Below, piece after piece: positions 27,963-40,592 of a stretch of 64,000 bases of DNA. The stretch is from Narcine bancroftii. Lineage: Eukaryota. The notes beneath the pieces are model-generated. The model worked only from the letters and a program-made list of their open reading frames with translations. It did not search any database and had not been told where the DNA came from. Numbering within the stretch: the first letter of the stretch is position 1; each line of letters starts with the position of its first letter. The translations under genes were made by a program, and so were the position numbers. The DNA is taken from contig NC_091471.1 in the NCBI RefSeq assembly GCF_036971445.1, forward strand, positions 289,044,001-289,108,000, written 5' to 3'.

Positions 27963-29429
27963 CTAGTGTCGCCGAGAATGTTCTCCGAGAATCACAGTGC
28001 GGCTTTCGCGCAAACAGAGGAACTACTGACATGGTCTTTGCCCTCAGACAGCTCCAAGAAAAGTGCAGAGAACAAAATAAAGGACTCTACATCACCTTTG
28101 TTGACCTCACCAAAGCCTTCGACAACGTGAGCAGGAAAGGGCTTTGGCAAATACTAGAGCGCCTCGGATGCCCCCCAAAGTTCCTCAACATGGTTATCCA
28201 ACTGCACGAAAACAAACAAGGTCGGGTCAGATACAGCAATGAGCTCTCTGAACCCTTCTCCATTAATGGCGTGAAACAAGGCTGCGTTCTCACACCAACC
28301 CTCTTTTCAATCTTCTTCAGCATGATGCTGAACCAAGCCATGAAAGACCTCAACAATGAAGACGCTGTTTACATCTGGTACCGCACGGATGACAGTTTCT
28401 TCAATCTGAGGCGCCTGCAAGCTCACACCAAGACACAAGAGAAACTTGTCCGTGAACTACTCTTTGCAGACGATGCCGCTTTAGTTGCCCATTCAGAGCC
28501 AGCTCTTCAGCGCTTGATGTCCTGTTTTGTGGAAACTGACAAAATGTTTGGCCTGGAAGTCAGCCTGAAGAAAACTGAGGTCCTCCATCAACCAGCTCCC
28601 CACCATGACTACCAGCCCCCCCACATCTCCATCGGGCACACAAAACTCAAAACGGTCAACCAGTTTACCTATCTCGGCTGCACCATTTCATCGGATGCCA
28701 GGATCGACAAGGAGATAGACAACACACTCGCCAAGGAAAATAGCGCCTTTGGAAGACTACACAAAAGAGTCTGGAAAAACAACCAACTGAAAAACCTCAC
28801 AAAGATTAGTGTATACAGAGCCATTGTCATACCCACACTCCTGTTCGGCTCCGAATCATGGGTCCTCTACCGGCATCACCTACGGCTCCTAGAATGCTTC
28901 CACCAGCGTTGTCTCCGCTCCATCCTCAACATTCATTGGAGCGACTTCATCCCTAACATCGAAGTACTCGAGATGGCAGAGGCCGACAGCATTGAATCCA
29001 CGCTGCTGAAGATCCAACTGCGCTGGGTAGGTCACATCTCCAGAATGGAGGACCATCGCCTTCCCAAGATCGTGTTATATGGCCACCGTGACAGAGGGGC
29101 ACCAAAGAAGAGGTACAAGGACTGCCTAAAGAAAACTCTTGGTGCCTGCCACATTGACCACCGCCAGTGGGCTGATATCGCCTCAAACCGTGCATCTTGG
29201 CACCTCACAGTTCGGCGGGCAGCAACCTCCTTTGAAGAAGACTGCAGAGCCCACCTCACTGACAAAAGACAAAGGAGGAAAAACCCAACCACAACCAACC
29301 AATTTTCCCCTGCAACTGTGTCTTCCTGTCCTGCATCGGACTTGTCAGCCACAAACGAGCCTGCAGCTGATGTGGACATTTACCCCTCCATAAATCTTCG
29401 TCCGCGAAGCCAAGCCAAAGAGAGAAGAG
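27963..29429 (+). mobile_element. RTE (BovB-like) LINE, 5'-truncated, with 14-bp target-site duplication
   Basis: RT ORF within 27893-29449; AGTTACTTATCAAC at 27949-27962 and 29430-29443. Confidence 0.96.
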
Positions 29430-31029
29430 AGTTACTTATCAACGAATAGAATTGACTGAAATTTCTTGCAGAAATATTCCTTTGGCATAATTCTAGAAGT
29501 GTCATGAATCCAAATATCTTTGTTTTTGCATCAATGAGCGTCATATTTGCTACTTGGAGTTGCTTGTTCAATGTATTTAGTTTCTCAAAAATGTCCTTCA
29601 AGTAATTCGTATTAGCTTTGCCATCTACTGTTAACAAGAGATTCATTTCAGGTTTGTCTTTCAAAAACTCGCTGAGGAGATCAAACAGTTTCATAAACCT
29701 TTTGAAGCAGTTTCCCTTTGACAACCACCTTACTTCAGTATGAAGCAATAATCTCACATGTTCTGCATTTTTAATCAACACAAAACAGACGTTTATGTTT
29801 GGCATTAGCTTTGATGGCATTGATGCACTTGATCATAGAATACAGTATCTCGTGTAGAACAGGCAAAACTTCCTCAGCAATTAAGTTTTTGCGGTGGATA
29901 ACACAATGCACAACCAACATGTTTGGATTTTCTTCCTTCATTAATTTTAAACCCTGTTTTTTAAAAAAAACCATCATCGCAAATGCACCAACTACAGCAC
30001 AAGATATAATGTTTCCTTTTGTTATTTCATTTTTGGCCAAATAATTTTTGAGCTTGCTGTAGATATCAACTACAGTAGTGGTTGTTTCCAATGATTCACA
30101 AAACAACATCTCTTCTTGAAACTCTTCCTGATCAATATATTTCACATATGTCAATAACAGAGCCTCACTGTCCTGTACGGTAGATTCATCCAGTTGTATT
30201 GAGAACTTTCGAGATTTCAACTTCTCAATAGGCTGTTTTTCAGCATCTTGACCCATGTTATCTATTCTGTTGATGACAGTACTATTGCTCAATAGCATTG
30301 CTCGGACATCTTTGTCATCCTTTTGCAGAACTGTTTTGAGAAACAATGATATTACGGGTTTAATCAACGTATGATTCCTCCCATGTTTTGCTATCAGCAG
30401 AGAAATTTCGTCGCTAGCTTCAAGGGTACGATTCAGGGTAATAATGAAGTGATTTTTGATCTATTTTCAAACTTCTTTCAGTGATTTAAGTTCTCAATTG
30501 CCAGAGGAACAGATGAAATAAGTATCTCTAGAAGAATAGTTCTCCTCACTGTAACTAATATGTAGGGCAGCATTATCAATCCTGTGCTGAATAATGCAAA
30601 CTCATGGAATAAATCTATGAATCAACAATCACCAGTGCAACAGAATCTGAGACACTCGTGCAGTCTTGAATTTTGTTATGGTCGTTGACAAGGATGTCAG
30701 AAATGTTAAAATGTAGATATAGTCTCTTGAAAACAGATGTCATTTACATGGAAAGATTTAATCTAGTTTAATGTGTTTACATAAAAATACGAATATATTG
30801 AGATGTACAGACCAAGAAGGTGAAAGCTTTGGTTCCTGGTTCAGAGTGTATTAATTAATCTTCCCTGGAGAATGCAGGGACTCCAACCAGGTTCCTTGCA
30901 CTGGGATTACAGGTCAAAACTCAGCAAGGATTTCCTCACTCCCTGTTCACCATCAGTATACCTGGTGGTTGGGACTGTGAGGAGCACAGCACAGGATTGA
31001 TTGGTTTATGGTGTCCTTTTCTGTGGTGC

Positions 31030-32280
31030 ACCTTGTTGTGGTTTGACCTCTGATCATGACCAAAATGTGGTTTCCATACCCAGTAATTCAGGAACCAAAA
31101 CTTGGCGTCATGCGTGTTGTGCATGACACAAGCCCAGGGTTAATCATTAAACCCAATCATAACAGAATTCCACCTCCAATAACAGATCACCTCCATTATA
31201 TTAATCACTGAAAAGAATAACAGACTGTTCCCCGCTTTATACATCTGCCCAATGTTAAACCACTAAGCATTTTTTAAATCCTGTTTTCTCTTTTTCTCTG
31301 AAAGGCGTCAGTACCATCAGTACCATCAATACCAATGACCACTCTTCTTGTTCAGTAAATGCAGACATAAAATTTCATGTGAAACAAACCAACCCCAGTG
31401 CTGTCTTTCACAAACCCAGCAATCAGGGACTCTGACAGTGACCAAGATATAAGAAATTCTGGCTACATTTTAACATCTAACCCCAGAGAAAGAAACCTGC
31501 TTCCAGGATGATGTCTTCCATGTGTGATTGTCTGAGATGTCCTTGTTCTTCAAACAACATGGCTTCCCCATCTACTACCTTGAACTTGGCCCTCTATCCT
31601 TAATTACCCACACATCTGCCCCCATGTGCAACAAGGACATGATTCTCCTTGCCCTCACCTACCACCCACTAGCCTCTGTGTCCAACATGCCACCCTGGGT
31701 GGCACAGTATCATAATTGGGTAGAGTCATTGGCTCACAATTTTTTTTAAAGAGGGAAATATATAGGTCGACACAACATCAAGGTACTACGTGAGCCCACC
31801 ATCAGACCCATCTTCTCCCCTCTCTGGCTTCTGCAAGGGCCACTCCTTCTGTTAGTCTCTCGTTCATTCCTCTCTTCCCACCAATCATCCCTTTGGTACC
31901 TACGCCTGTGACTGCAAGAAGTGCCATACTTGTGCCCACACCTCCTTACTCACCACCATCAGAGCCCCAAGCAGTCCTTTAAAGTGGTCTCAGTGAGAGT
32001 AAATCATGGGGCTGATGGAAACACTGGAAGATTCAGTCTCCCTTTGTGGGAGTGAACCTCACATCTTTACCTAGTTTGTGACTATTTCCATGCCCACACC
32101 ATCCCCAACCTTGCAACCCAATCAGCTGTCCGCAAACACCAAAAGAAGATCCTCGACTATCTTGTTCTCAACGCAACTCTGGACAATCACAGCATCTGGG
32201 GCAATGCTCTTGGGATATCAATATTAACAACACGGATAGAAAAGCACTGAGCTCCTGGGTGGCACAGTATCATAATTGGG
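31030..32280 (-). pseudogene. Heavily decayed IgL promoter-leader-V relic, interrupted by a Penelope fragment
   Basis: 32108-32278 aligns at roughly 60% with 57261-57432; 46-nt leader remnant 32160-32115 (ATG>ATA, donor GCAAGG); 103-nt intron to ccatcAG; then ACT CTC ACT GAG (TLTE); LKC and W..QSP-like traces at 31475-31425; 3' end uncertain. Confidence 0.55.
31500..31983 (+). mobile_element. Penelope-like element fragment
   Basis: SEMSLFFKQHGFP, LALTYHP, and C..C.TC nuclease-adjacent motif remnants. Confidence 0.7.
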
Positions 32281-32295
32281 TAGAGTCAATGGCTC

Positions 32296-33761
32296 ACAAT
32301 TTTTTTTAAAAGAGGGAAATATATAGGTCGACTCAACATCAAGGACCAAGGGGGCTGTACTGTGCTGTAATACGTTCTAAGCACTTCCCTTTCGGAGAGT
32401 ACTAAACTGCTGGAGAAACTCAACAGGTCATTAGTAACCAGATGAAGCAAAGGTAATGAACGTTTTGGGCCTGAGCACCTCGCTCTGAAATATTTGCATA
32501 TTACCCTTGACCACAACATCTGCACATTCAGTTCAGCAACATGTCCTTAAATGTTTCTTCTGTTTGTACACGTGCATTTGAAACCCAGTTTCCTGCTTAA
32601 TCTGGTCCTGATTGAAAAATCTATATTTCTTGTTCTGGAATTACTTGTCTCTCCTTATGCATTTGCTCCAGGTTCAACCTTGACACCCAGTGCTATTTGT
32701 ATGAAGGTTGCAAGTTCTCCTTGTGACTGTGCATTTCCTTCAGCTGCTTCAATTTCCTTCTACCCCATCCTAAGATGTGGTTGGGCAGGTTAATTCGCTG
32801 CTGTAAATAATCCCCAATCCAAGGATGATCAGTGGGATCAGAAGGGAGTTCAGGGACTGAGGTGAGAATGAAATGAGATTTGTTGAGAGTTTGTGTAAAT
32901 GTGCTCTTGATGAACTCAGTGGGGCGAAGGGCCTGTTTCTGAGCTGCATGTTTGGATGCAGCCAGAATTTATAGAGGTAGTGGAGACATTAAGATGGAAG
33001 AACTCAGTAATGGTACACAAAACATAGAACATGGTGCAGCACAGGAACAGGTCCTTCTGGTCATGATACAAAATGCATATTTTGTTATTCCCTGCTTATT
33101 AAAATGTGCTTACAACAAACATCTTGAACACTGCCATAGTAATCCCTGGATTACTTCCTTGCTTCACTCCAGAGAGTTTGAAGAAAGAGAGGCTAGTGCA
33201 AACTAATGTCTGTTTGATGCATGAGGGAGGGAGTTAGATCACTTGCAGATGAGGACCAGATCAGGGGGAGATGCAGTTAGCTCAGGCTGACGCCTCACCA
33301 GAGTTGGGACCATGGGAGTTTCATTGGTCCACGAGGAGAGGTTTCAGCCAGTTTGTTGGGGAACGAGCACAGGAAGTTTCACCCTGAAAAAGGAGCAAAT
33401 GCATAAGGAGAGACAAGTAATTCCAGAACAAGAAATATAGATTTTTCAATCAGGACCAGATTAAGCAGGAAACTGGGTTTCAAATGCATGTGTACAAACA
33501 GAAGATACATTTAAGGACATGTTGCTGAACTGAATGTGCAGATGGTGTGGTCAAGGGTAATATGCAAATATTTCAGAGCGAGGTGCTCAGGCCCAAAACA
33601 TTCATTACCTTTGCTTCATCTGGTTACTAATGACCTGTTGAGTTTCTCCAGCAGTTTAGTACTCTCCGAAAGGGAAGTGCTTAGAACGTATTACAGCACA
33701 ATACAGCCCCTTGGCCCTTGATGTTGTGTCGACCTATATATTCCCTCTTTAAAAAAAATGT
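32296..33761. repeat. Inverted duplication, arms about 32296-32669 and 33392-33761
   Basis: Near-identical reverse-complement arms; mirrored ORFs 32286-32525 minus and 33536-33721 plus. Confidence 0.95.
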
Positions 33762-34143
33762 ACTGAACCCTTGCTACCTCATAACTCTCCATTATTCCTT
33801 CATGCATGTTCCTGTCCAAGAGTCTTTTAAATGCCCTAATGTTCAGCCTCTGCCAACACCCCTTTCAAGACATTCCATCACACACAACTCTTAATGTAAA
33901 CACTTACCCCTAATGCCTGCCCAAAACTTTCCTCCCCTCACTTTGTAGAGATGTTCCCCGACATTTTCAATTCCTGCCCTGGGAAACAGGCGCTGGCGGT
34001 CCAGAATCTTGTAGATCTCTCGTCTCCTCTCATCCTTCAGCTCTTCAAAGAGAAAAGTCCCAGCTCTGCTAACCTTGCCTCATAAGACTTATTTTCAATT
34101 CCAAGTAACATACTGGTAAATCTCCTCGCACCCTCTACATAGT

Positions 34144-36360
34144 ATTACAACTTCCAGTTTCATTTAGTGACTATCACTTTAAGGGCTAGTACCGTCTGTA
34201 ACCATCCACAACTGCCAGGAAGAGAAAGAACATTTTGTTGCTTTATCCCGGAACACAGGTGAGGAGAGAGAGACACACAAGTGGGACACTTAAAGGAACA
34301 GCAGATTTGACCACCAGCCACCTAATGAACACAGAGGTTGAGTGACTTTGTGTGAAATGGACAAGTTGGATGATTCTCATTGTCATAAGAATAATTGAAC
34401 AACACCGTGAACAAAGGAAAGATCACTTTGATTGACCTGTATCTGGGTAAAAGAAGCAGTAGACTTCCTGCATTGGATCGTGACCATTGTGAGTGTTATT
34501 TTGACTGACCCGTGCCTGAGTTTTGAAGCATCATGGAAGTCACCCATTTCACTTCCCCATGCAAGGAAAAGGGAAGTTGTGACAACCATTCTTATGAAAG
34601 GACATTTCTCTAGAAGAAACAAGACCAAGATTCCAATCATTCAGTCTCTCTCACCTCCTTTGTAATTACTTCTGGGCATCAGTTCAAAAGCTTGAGTTTG
34701 AAGAGAGGATTTCAAGGACTGAACTGTGAACTGACTTTCCAGAATTGTGCCTAAGCTGTAACGGTTTGTGTATTTTAAACACACACAGTCATAGGAGAAC
34801 ACACATTAGTAGTTGATAATAAATATATTGTTTAAAAAGAAAAATATTAAGTCTCTTGGTGAATTTATATTGCTGCTGGTCTGCTATGTAATAAAGTGCT
34901 CATCCATGATCTGACCAAAGTTTGGAGCGTTTTGATTGATTGATTTTTGATTTGATTGGTTAAATTCCTTTTTGAGACCCAATTAAAAGGCTTGTGCATG
35001 TGGAAAAACAGCAGCAATGGATATTGATGTGTTTTTGGAATTGCCATCCTCTGTCTGTTTGCAGAGGCTGAAAAGGAATGAGTTTGCGGCTATTGCCAAA
35101 AAGTTGGAACTTGTGGCAGTAAAACCATTGATGTAAAAGGCAAAGTTCCATAGAGATATAGTTGAACACTATAGCAGTGGGGACGTTTGGAGAGGGGGAG
35201 TTAAAACAAATTCCCAAGAGTAAATCCCTTGAACAGCGGTCACCAGTGGAACAAATTGAATTAGAAAAACTTAGATTTGAGGCAGAGGAGAAACAAAAGG
35301 ACTTTGAGGTACATGTACTTGAGTTAGAGTTAGAAAAGTGTGGATTGGAGGATGCAGAGAAACAAAGGTGAGGCTGAGATTGATAAATATTTCTAGCATT
35401 TCAAGAAAGAAGCTGAGAGTTTAAAGTGGTCAAAAGACCATTGGTCCCTCTTGTTACAGAGCATGATTAAAGGGAAAGACCAACAGGCTTACTCTGCCCT
35501 TACAATTGGACAAGGTGCTGATTATGACACAGTAAAGCAAGCTGTGCTTAAGGCTTATGAATTGGTTCCAGAAGCTTAGAAGCAAAATTCAGGAATTTAA
35601 GAAAATCAGTGAACCAATCTCGAATGGATTTTGCATATGACAAAGCTGTCTGCTTTGACCAATTGGCACATTAATAATATAAATGATAATTATAACAGAC
35701 TGAGAGAACTGGTGTTAGTTGAAGAAATTAAAATATGCATTCCAAATAACATAAAAACATATTTAGATGAAAAGGGGTGGAAACTTGGCAGGAATATCTT
35801 AAATTAGCAAATTAATATGCTTTAATGCACAAGGTTAAATTTGTACCAAATAGAACCTTCTGAAAGAGTAATGTGGAATAGCCAATTAAGTTAGAAAATA
35901 AATTGGGAAGTAGTGCTAGGGGTAATGATGAAGGTAAGCAAGAAAATGAAAAACCTTCTGGTCCACTTTGCCACTATTGTAAGAAACTGGGTCACATGAT
36001 AGCAAATTGTTCTGTGCTGAGAAAAAAGGGAGAAAAGAGGCAGCTCCAGAAAAGATGGAAAACATAGAAGTCAAAACTGTCCCAAACCTGCAGGTTACAT
36101 TAGGGATGAATTCAAATATTTTGCATCAAAAGGTTTGGTTTTGGTAAAGGAAGTGTCACCACAAGTAACAGCGAAAATCAGTTAAGATACTGCGGCCGGC
36201 CAATCACTTGTGTTGAACAGTATTTTGGAGTTTGGCGATGAGACTTCCTTGGGAGAAATAAATTTGATTAGAGGTTTAGGGGGGTGACCTGGAGTTGATA
36301 ATATTGAAATCAGAATTAGTTGTTGGATCGGTTACGATAGGGATCCAATCAAGTTACCAC
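34144..36360 (+). mobile_element. Gmr1-like Gypsy element, 5' part: probable LTR about 34144-34892, decayed gag and protease
   Basis: KAVLKAYELVPEA-type gag motif; CHYCKKLGHMIANC zinc knuckle at about 35968-36010; DTAAGQS protease-like motif at about 36186. Confidence 0.8.
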
Positions 36361-36399
36361 ACATTAGGGGTAGGGTTAGGGTGATGCTGAGAGGCTGAA

Positions 36400-39300
36400 A
36401 AGACATGTCCAGAGAGTTCCCGGCAAAAAGCCACTAAAACAAGAAAAACATCATCTATAAAAAGAATTTAAACTCACCCTCTGGAAGAAACATGGGCAGG
36501 AAGAGCAGGAAAAAGACTAGAAGACCAGGATCTGTTGCAAGCAGCTGAAACATCGAGTGAAAATTCACTTGACATTAGTGACTTGTGAGCTCCTGCACTG
36601 TTTAGTGGGGCTTGGGTGCTGAAAGTGCAGGGACGAACCCTGCGATGTTGGGATTGCCCGATCGGGTTTTACTGGTGATGGTGCGTCACTGGTGACCCAG
36701 ATTGGAAGACTGGAGCAGAGACTGGACACCAGACTGAAAGAGGTTTCTGAGGGTTTGCTCAGCCTGTGGACTTTGATTGGCACTTTGACAGATCACATCA
36801 GGGTCCTGGAAAGCAAGACAGAGGATGTCCAAGACAAGACAGGAAAAACTGGGTCATCAAGAAAAAACAACTGATAGATAAGTTAGAATATTTGGAAAAC
36901 TATAATCGGCACAATAATATTAGACAATTGGGTCTGAAAGAGGGGGAGGAAGGGAAAGAATCTATGGAGTTCTTTGAACACTGGATCCCTGAAGAGTTGG
37001 GAAGGGATTGATTTAGAGCCACCCAGTCATAAAAAGGGCCCATAGAACATTCAGCCCCCATTCCATCACAAATCAACACCTGAGGATGGTGTTGATTTGA
37101 TTTGTAATATCCCCCCTTTGTTCAGCAGGCTCTCAGGCATTCCGTTTATAGGTTCTTTCAGGAGTTCAGTTCAAGTGTATATTTTTGCAGGTTTTCATAT
37201 TCTAAATAAGACAACAAAAAACATTGACAAGGTCCAAGGCAGCAAAAACCACTGTGGCCTTCATGAAAGATTTAAATTTAATAGACATATGGAGGAAGAA
37301 GATCCCACAGACTAGGGACTACTTTTTTTTACTTAAAGTCCCATGACTCTCACACCAGAATTGATTATTTTTTTAAATGTCCGCCCGGTTGGAAAGCAGA
37401 GTGCTTGAATCAGAATATTTAGCAAGGCTATTATCAGATCTTTCACTGTTGACATTGCATACAACAATGCCTGAAAAACATGCAAATGCCTATAGATGGC
37501 ACCTTAATACTACGCTGTTGACAAACTCAGACTTTTGTACTTTTATAAGGGGCCAAGTTGTTTCGTTTTGTCCTTAAACTAATAACTTTTTAATCTGGGA
37601 CATACTAAAGGCCAATCTAAGGGAGCAAATAATTTTGTATACCAAGAGTTTTTTTTAAATCTGATTGAGGTGGAAACACTGGAACAGGAGATCACAAAAT
37701 TGGAAAACTAATACCAAAACCAAGGATCAAATGAGAAATATCAGGAATTGGAAAACAAACAACTTAAATACAACACTCTGCAAACATAAGTGGGAAAACA
37801 CTCTTGCGAGCTAAGCAAAGATATTATGAACTAGGTAAAAAAAACCACACAATTTTGGCATGGCAACTGAGAGAGAGGAAACTTCAAGGATGATTAATGT
37901 GATTCAATCAGGGCCAGACTAGGTAACATATAATCCAAAAGAAATTAATGGCATCTTTAAAACTTTTTATGAGAAATTGTACATATCTGAGACACCAGGA
38001 AACTTAGATAAAATCGATGAGTTCTTGGGGAATTGAGTTGCTGAGACTGGCCCAGGAGGACCGGACAGAATTAGATGCCCCATTTTCCAGTGAGGAATTT
38101 GAATGGGCTTTGGGAACATTACAATCAAACAAGTCTCCGGGAGAAGATGTCTTCCCCCTGAGTTCTAAAAGGAATTCAAAGACCTACTTATATCATTGTT
38201 AATCGGCGTAGTGAACCAGACTCTTCTGGAATCTTTTCAACAGCTATTATTATGGTAATACCCAAAAAGAAAAGGGACCCATTGAAGCCATCCTCATACA
38301 GACCTATCTCACTACTAAACACAGATTACAAAATAATAGCCAAGGCACTATCCAATAGATTGGGTCAGTACCTTCCCAGACTGATAGACTCAGATCAAGT
38401 GAGCTTCATTTGGAAGAGGCACTCTGCTAGAAACTTGAGCAGACTATTTAACATTATACATATGGCACAAGCAAAACATTACCCAAGTATAATAGTTTCA
38501 CTCGATGCAGAGAAGGTTTTTGATCATTTGAATGAAGTTTTTTGTTTAAAGTTTTGGAGAAATTTCGAATGGGACAAACATTTATTAATTGGATAAGGAC
38601 ATAGTATGACAAATCGCTGGCAAAAGTTAGTACCAATATCACCAAAATTCCACCCTCGCTAGGTCCTCTGTCTCCGGGGCAGTTCATCTTAGCAAGTGAA
38701 CCATTGGTAGAGGCCATTAGGAAAGATCCAGACATAAAGGGATTCAGAGTGGGCCAGCTGGAACACAAAATAAATCTAAATGGCAGATGATGTGTTGCTG
38801 TACCTGATGGACCTGACTGGGTCTCTGACGAAACTGCTCACCACACTGGAGGACTATGGTGTAATATCTGGCTATAAACCCAACATAGAAAAAAAGCAAG
38901 ATCATGCCACTGAATAAATTTGACTATGAAGAATTGTCAAAGAAACATTAATTTCAGTTGGCATGCAGCTGATGTGAAATACTTGGGAATCAAAATTGAC
39001 AGTAACCTGGAAAATTTATATAAACTTAACTATCCTCCTATAATGAAGAAAATTAAAAGTGACTTAATGAGATGGAGAGACCTGCCCATCACCTTAATGG
39101 GGAGGGTTAACTGCATAAAGACTCCAATACCTCTTTCAACCTTTACCACTTCCATTACCACGGTCTTTTTTTAAATGATAGCATAAGGATATTTATTTGG
39201 AATGGAAAAGTATCTAGGATAGCCTTAAAGAAACTAGCATGGGACTACAGCAAGGGAGTGGGGTTAAGGTTACCTGATTTTCAGAAATACTAGCTAGCAG

Positions 39301-40400
39301 CTCAGTCAAGGTTCCTTGCTTCCTTCTTTGAGGAGGGAGATCCACCTGCTTGGGTGCAAATGGGATTAAAGGATTTCATATACAAATGGGATGCCAAATT
39401 AATAGGGGAAGAAAAGATACTCCCCCCCCCCCCATAAAATAACTGATTAAAATCTGGCACGAGATCAATGAGTGTATTGGAGATATGGCAGCCGTATCGC
39501 CTTACACTGACAATGAATTGATGCCCATGAACATGAGTAAAAATATCCTGGAGATTTGGCATTGGCAGGTGATCCAATACATTGAGGACTGCTAGGAAGG
39601 GAGGCAGCTGATGACCTTCGAGCAGCTTAAAGGTAAATACGATTTGTCTTATGGGACCTTTCATTGTTTCCTCAGGTTAAGATTGTTTCTAAGGGATAGG
39701 TGGGGCCCTGCAATGAACCTGCCTACATCTAGCGAGGTGAAGGGATGCTTCAACTGGGACATGCACTCAAAGTTATTTAAAGAATGTACTTGGGACTCAA
39801 AGGAGAAAGTTCCAAGCAAGGGCCACATAGATCAAGAGAGAGATGGGAGTCAGACCTGGGCATCACAATTGATGAGTGATACTCGTCATATTAGTGTAGA
39901 GACAATGTGACAACGGTGATCAATTCTAGATACAGACTGATTCAATACAACTTTCTGCACCAGCTCTACCTCAAACCACAAAAGATTCACAAGGCAAAAC
40001 TGGAGGTGCCAGAGACATGTGGAGTGGAGACAGGAATATTTGTTCATGCAAAATGTTCCTGCACAAAGGTAGGCCCGTTTTGACAGGATTTGGCCGATGT
40101 ACTAACCAGGATAACAAAAGTAACCTTTCCCCTTGTCCTAACATTGTTTTTGTGGGGGAACCTTATGGACATTAGCTATAAATTAACCATATTCCAAATT
40201 CAATTTGTATTTATCACTTTGTCCATAGCAAAAAAATATATAGCAATGACCTGGAAATTTGACTCCCCTCTTCTTATCAGTAGGTGGACTGCCAAGATGC
40301 ATAGCTGTATTCCCAAGGGAAAAAAAATCACATACAATTTTAGAAACCGACATAGCACCTTTATTAAAATATGGGAGCCATATCTGATGTAGACGGACCA
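36400..40400 (+). mobile_element. Degenerate L1/Tx1-clade LINE
   Basis: ORF1 LEYLENYNRHNNIR; ORF2 SYRPISLLNTDYKIIAK, SLDAEK, KYLGI; many frameshifts. Confidence 0.9.
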
Positions 40401-40592
40401 CAACTGTAGTCACATCCCATCAAAAATTAACAGAGGGTGGGTGGCTCCATGGTCACTCATCAGAAGTGCCAACACCACAACCGGCCTCTTTCTTTTCTTT
40501 CCCTTTTTTTTAAGGGGGAGGGAGAGAAACACCACATGTATGTAGATTGTTGGGCGATATCTGTGTATTTTCTGTGATGTTGCCTCCTTGTT

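Larger units (their letters stand above)
26070..30500 (-). mobile_element. Decayed hAT (Charlie/Buster-type) transposon split by two RTE insertions
   Basis: Terminus tAGTGGTTCTCAACCTTTTT at about 26071; transposase ORFs 29771-30367 (FSIQLDEST...HCVIHR) and 29380-29820 (LLHTEVRWLSKG); further pieces at 27656-27960 and 26260-26380. Confidence 0.88.

Noticed and set aside
27893-29449. 518-aa ORF as a domesticated RT gene
   Set aside because: 5'-truncated RTE with TSD; the ORF start is a TTG in antisense hAT sequence
29380-30367. ZBED8/SCAND3-like host gene
   Set aside because: Frameshifted, interrupted by RTEs and retains a terminal repeat, so it is a transposon fossil
31180-31260. NIGQMYKAGNS...INIMEV similarity suggesting the short V is ancient and shared
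   Set aside because: Needs two gaps and has a low score; compatible with chance and conflicts with Cys/Trp traces further upstream
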